Shown in pieces: positions 58,940-64,000 of a stretch of 64,000 nucleotides of DNA (positions within the stretch are counted from its first letter, which is position 1; the number at the start of each line of letters is the position of its first letter). The notes below the pieces were generated by a model that was not told where the DNA came from, did not search any database, and saw nothing but the letters and a program-made list of their open reading frames with translations. The position numbers and the translations under genes were made by a program. Source of the stretch: Octopus sinensis (taxonomy: Eukaryota). The stretch covers positions 8,928,001-8,992,000 of the forward strand of contig NC_042998.1 in NCBI RefSeq assembly GCF_006345805.1. Reading direction: 5' to 3'.

Positions 58940-60550
58940 AACCCCCAAAAACCACTGGGCTATCTCTTGTTTCATGACCATGTTCATAATACTTGCATCT
59001 CTCCTAAGAGAACGTATCAATTTCTCTATGAAAACAACATTGTTCCTCTTGAACAAAAATGGTGCAAAAGAAACGCATTCGGCTGCAAAGACCAGCTATA
59101 AATAAACTGCATGATACTCGAAAATTGCTCTTCCGAAAAACGAATTCGTAGCACAGTGTGGATTGACTATCATAAGGTTTCTGACAGCACTAGATATCTA
59201 CAAGGCCTCTCCTTTCTGAAAAGGTTTTCTGCAGTACAGTGTGCGACTGAGAACACAAAATTATTTCTCAACCAAGAAAGAGGCTTGTATGTCTCAGAGA
59301 AAATCAAGTGATCGTGGAATATTCCAGAGTGATTCACTCACACTTGTTCTCTTCTGTCTTTCACTCACTCCATTGTCCGACGAGCTGAATAGAACAATCT
59401 ACGATGTAAAATGTTGGACAAGATCATCTCACACTTATATGAAATTATACGCGAAAGATGACAAGGATCTGAAAGGGCCGCGAGTATCTGTGAGAAAATT
59501 CAGTGATGACATCAATATGGAACCTGGCATTGACAAGTGTGCAAAAGCGTCGATCAAACGTGGCAAACTGACTGCAAATACCGCCACACAAATTGATCGT
59601 GCTACAGCTATCAAGGAGCTGGAACAAGACGGCTCCTATAAGTATCTTGCAATACACGAAGAGAAAGGGGTTCAATGAAAGAGAACATCAGGAAAGAGTG
59701 TTATAGACGTATCAATATGGTTCTGAATAGAGAACTGAACTCTCAGAATTGATTTGCGTTCACAAACTCCCTGGCGGTATCAGTTGTCCATTAATGTCAT
59801 CAAATGGAAGCTGAGTGAACTCGAGCGTATAGACATAAAGACTAGGAAACTGCTGATATCAAACAGGACGGACCACCCAAAATCCGACGTCCGACGGCTC
59901 TATCTCCCACGAAAAGAAATTGGCAGAGACCTAGTCCAACTTAAAATATCCTATAAGACGACCAAGATAGCAGTTGAAGTGTACATCCAAGGTAACACCG
60001 ACTGGATGACACAGCTGGAAAATAAAAACAACACGAACTGATCAAGGAACTGCATTCAATCTCAAAGAAGGCGTATAAATGCAGACGAGAGCTGACCCTC
60101 CCTGATAATGATCTTGAGAAGGAGGTTACAGATCCCATAAAGACAAGAGCCAAATAGGAATGCTTGTATGAAATATCAAGACGTTGGAAAGAAAAGCGAA
60201 CGTCAATCACAATGAAATAGACACAAAGTATAAACTCTACAGTGACATAGTATAGATAGTATTGACCACATTGTTGCCAGTGGCTCAATCCTTGCACCAA
60301 CAGAATATAAAACCAGGGATGACCGAGTTGGCCAATACTTACACTGGAAAGAATGCCGTCACAATGGTGTCGCGTACCCTAAGAACTCAGAGAGAGAATG
60401 TCACCGTCCTATGGAATTATGGGATACATAAATACATGCAAACAAATGCCAACAGACACACATCGCCATCACAAACCAAAGCCAAAAGACATGCCTGTTG
60501 ATGGAGATGACAGTGTCTAGTGATATAAACATCACAGAAAAATTTAGTTA
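58940..60550 (+). mobile_element. Decayed R4/Dong-like LINE
   Basis: GCKDQL, WIDYHKVSDS, GIFQSDSLTLVLFCLSLTPLS, MKLYAKDD, GIDKCAKA, DVRRLYLPRKEIGR. Confidence 0.8.
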
Positions 60551-61029
60551 CTAGGAATTCATGCAATATCTTAAATGTTAACATCCTGTATATATACCCT
60601 GTGTGTCTCTATGTCTATGTACACAAATTTGTGTGTGTGAGTGTATATATATTGTCTTGGCTTAACAGACCTCATCGTTTTGTTTTTACTGTTTTGTTCT
60701 CATTGTTCTGTCTTTTACTGTTTTTACTTTTTTATTGTTTTTACTGTTTTGTTCTCGCTGTCCTGTTCTTGTTACCTCTTTCACCCTCCGCAAAAAATCC
60801 CAAACTTTATTTAATTTGCTTTGCGGGAAGGATGTTTCAACGAAGCCGCGTCTTGTCCTTACATTCGTAACGCGGAGTAGACGAAACAGGGACAACTGAA
60901 GAAGGGGAATATTCCTTGTGTTGTATGTCTTATTTCTCTGTTTTTTTCGTTGTTTGAAAAAAATTAGCTTCTATGCTTTTGTTTTTATGTTTTCGTTTCT
61001 CATTGTGTTCAACGTTTTTCTTTGGTGTC

Positions 61030-62300
<1,271 letters not shown>

Positions 62301-62730
62301 TGACAAACAGACGCTATCTGACCAGCAGGCAAGGACACATCTATTCACACCCACATACTAACCTCCTGATAACCCCCAAACCATTGATGCTTGAAGGGGA
62401 AGTATACACCACACTGGGTACATATCTTTTTTTCTCTCAATTCAACCTTTCTGCTTAAACAAACAGGTCAGTAAAAACGTATTCTCGCCTTCAACTTAAA
62501 ATATTCTGAGATGTATAAAAAATCCATTTTAATTTTTGCTGGCAAAAGACTGTATATATATATACCAAAGACTGTATATATATACATGTAATGTGACAAT
62601 TTGCGACAACCAATAATTAACGCAACCAAATTTCCAATAATATATTTGTTTTATCCTTTTCTGCCAATTTTTCCAAATATTCTCATCACACTATTGAACT
62701 TCTCTGTTACCAAACACTATATTTATACAT

Positions 62731-62870
62731 GTAATGTGACAATTATGTATAAAAAAACATTTTTGAATTCATAATATCCAATGTGACAATTATGTAAAAA
62801 ACTTTTTTGAATGCATAATATTCAATGTGACAATTATGTAAAAAACTTTTTTGAACCCATATTATTCAAT
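62731..62870 (+). repeat. ~43-bp minisatellite (AATGTGACAATTATGTAAAAAACTTTTTTGAA...), about 3 copies
   Basis: Direct repeats at ~62733, ~62781 and ~62824. Confidence 0.8.
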
Positions 62871-62965
62871 GTTACTTTTAATGTTACTTTTGACAATCTT
62901 TTACCAAAGAGTGAAACCGGTTAAGTAAATAAACATCGTTTAAATTGCATTTTCAAACCTTTTTT

Positions 62966-63003
<38 letters not shown>

Positions 63004-63011
63004 TATATGCT

Positions 63012-63809
63012 ATGCTAAGAGCATGGACGATTGCTAGTGGCGATCCGCCGAACAACATCATCACTGCCGCGCTTAAGAACAATGGATTTCATAGAACCAT
63101 TGACCAAATAGAACGAAAAAAAGGTGAATTTATCCCGTCTTACATGCTTATAAGACCACACATCAAAACATTGGATAACATAATTGAAAATTATTGAGGC
63201 AAGGCTGATGAGGATGAAGAGGACGAAAAAGAGAAGGAATCAGGAAGTCTCTGTGATCCAGGGGTTCCTCAGGAAAATGGATCTCCTACCCCGGTGAACG
63301 ACCAGGTAGTGAAGGATAGGGGAGCCAAGGGAGAAGAAACCGGAAGCCCCCCTGTACCAGTGGTCCTACAAAGAAATGAGAAATTAGAAAAACAGAAGAA
63401 AAAAGGAAGGACCGAAAACAAAAATAAGGAGGGAAAGGGAAGAAAAGGCAAACAATCAAAGCTGAAACCCCAACCCACCACACAAACAGCAGAGAACCCC
63501 ATGGAGGATCCGATGCCACCCAGTACACTTCAGGAAAGAAGAAATCTGGAAGGCACCGAAGAACCTGTAAATTCTACCTGCGGGGCAAATGTTGGCATGG
63601 GGAGGACGGCAAAAACTGCCGGTTCGCCCACCCGACACCCCGCCAGAACTTCAGGGGACTCAAAGAGAAGAGCTTTACTGAGGGAAGACAAGAAATGTCT
63701 CTCAGGAAAACTTTCAGAAAAGAAGCGTGCTCCTCAGATGTTCTGCGCAACGCAGCAGCTGAGCAAGAGTCTTTTTTATGCATGGCGCAAAGAATTGTCC
63801 GGCAGCTAA
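63012..63809 (+). pseudogene. Probable LINE ORF1-like reading frame with one in-frame TGA (63195-63197)
   Basis: ORFs 63012-63197 and 63294-63809 share a frame. Acidic then Lys/Pro-rich low complexity, ending in an HTH-like FCATQQLSKSLFYAWRKEL; followed by an APE-like start. Confidence 0.45.
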
Positions 63810-63882
63810 CCTGGCTACACCAAGCACAGAGAAGCAACCCTACCCACCACTATGCAAGACCACCCCAGTCAACAGATACGGG

Positions 63883-64000
63883 ATGGCCTCCCCTAATGCC
63901 TGCACAGCCGTCACCCCATTACTTTTACTAAATATTGGGGGCCTGTTGCATCAACATAGAAACAAAATTTCATTCCTGAGAGATCTTACTGCATGCACTC
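63883..64000 (+). CDS. Start of a probable LINE ORF2 (AP-endonuclease N-terminus), runs off the window
   Basis: MASPNACTAVTPLLLLNIGGLLHQHRNKISFLRDL: hydrophobic strand-N-I-x-G-L followed by K-x-x-x-L, as in APE motif I. Confidence 0.5.
   Translation, partial: MASPNACTAVTPLLLLNIGGLLHQHRNKISFLRDLTACT

Noticed and set aside
60835-60925. GAAAC and CTGAAGA motifs suggesting a hammerhead
   Set aside because: The order and spacing (9 nt between GAAA and CTGA, no GAAA after the hairpin) fit no hammerhead topology.

Overview
Eukaryotic, AT- and microsatellite-rich genomic DNA, most likely an octopus/cephalopod long-read scaffold (inferred from the SINE/LINE repertoire). The only host gene I can support is PRPF31 (U4/U6 snRNP protein Prp31) on the + strand. 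It has a probable non-coding first exon ending at 4276 and 11 coding exons between 6266 and 46178 (about 422 codons). Exon 8 carries two single-G deletions, probably consensus errors. The last two expected exons are not found after a 100-N gap at 47593-47692. Introns are filled with transposons: CR1 fragments, two tRNA-derived SINE families, mariner/hAT/piggyBac MITEs and more than ten pieces of one RTE LINE family. Highlights: (1) an intact 1059-aa RTE with an internal PHD finger, fused at its 5' end to a 3.7-kb array of near-identical ~609-bp units, inside an 11-kb intron at a position where human PRPF31 has none; (2) a ~2-kb element bounded by ~240-bp inverted arms, each ending in a type I hammerhead ribozyme fold; (3) a twin-primed (5'-inverted) RTE-like insertion with a TSD; (4) a 2.1-kb minisatellite with higher-order structure, grown out of the RTE 3'UTR repeat. 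No CRISPR, rRNA or bona fide tRNA genes were seen.
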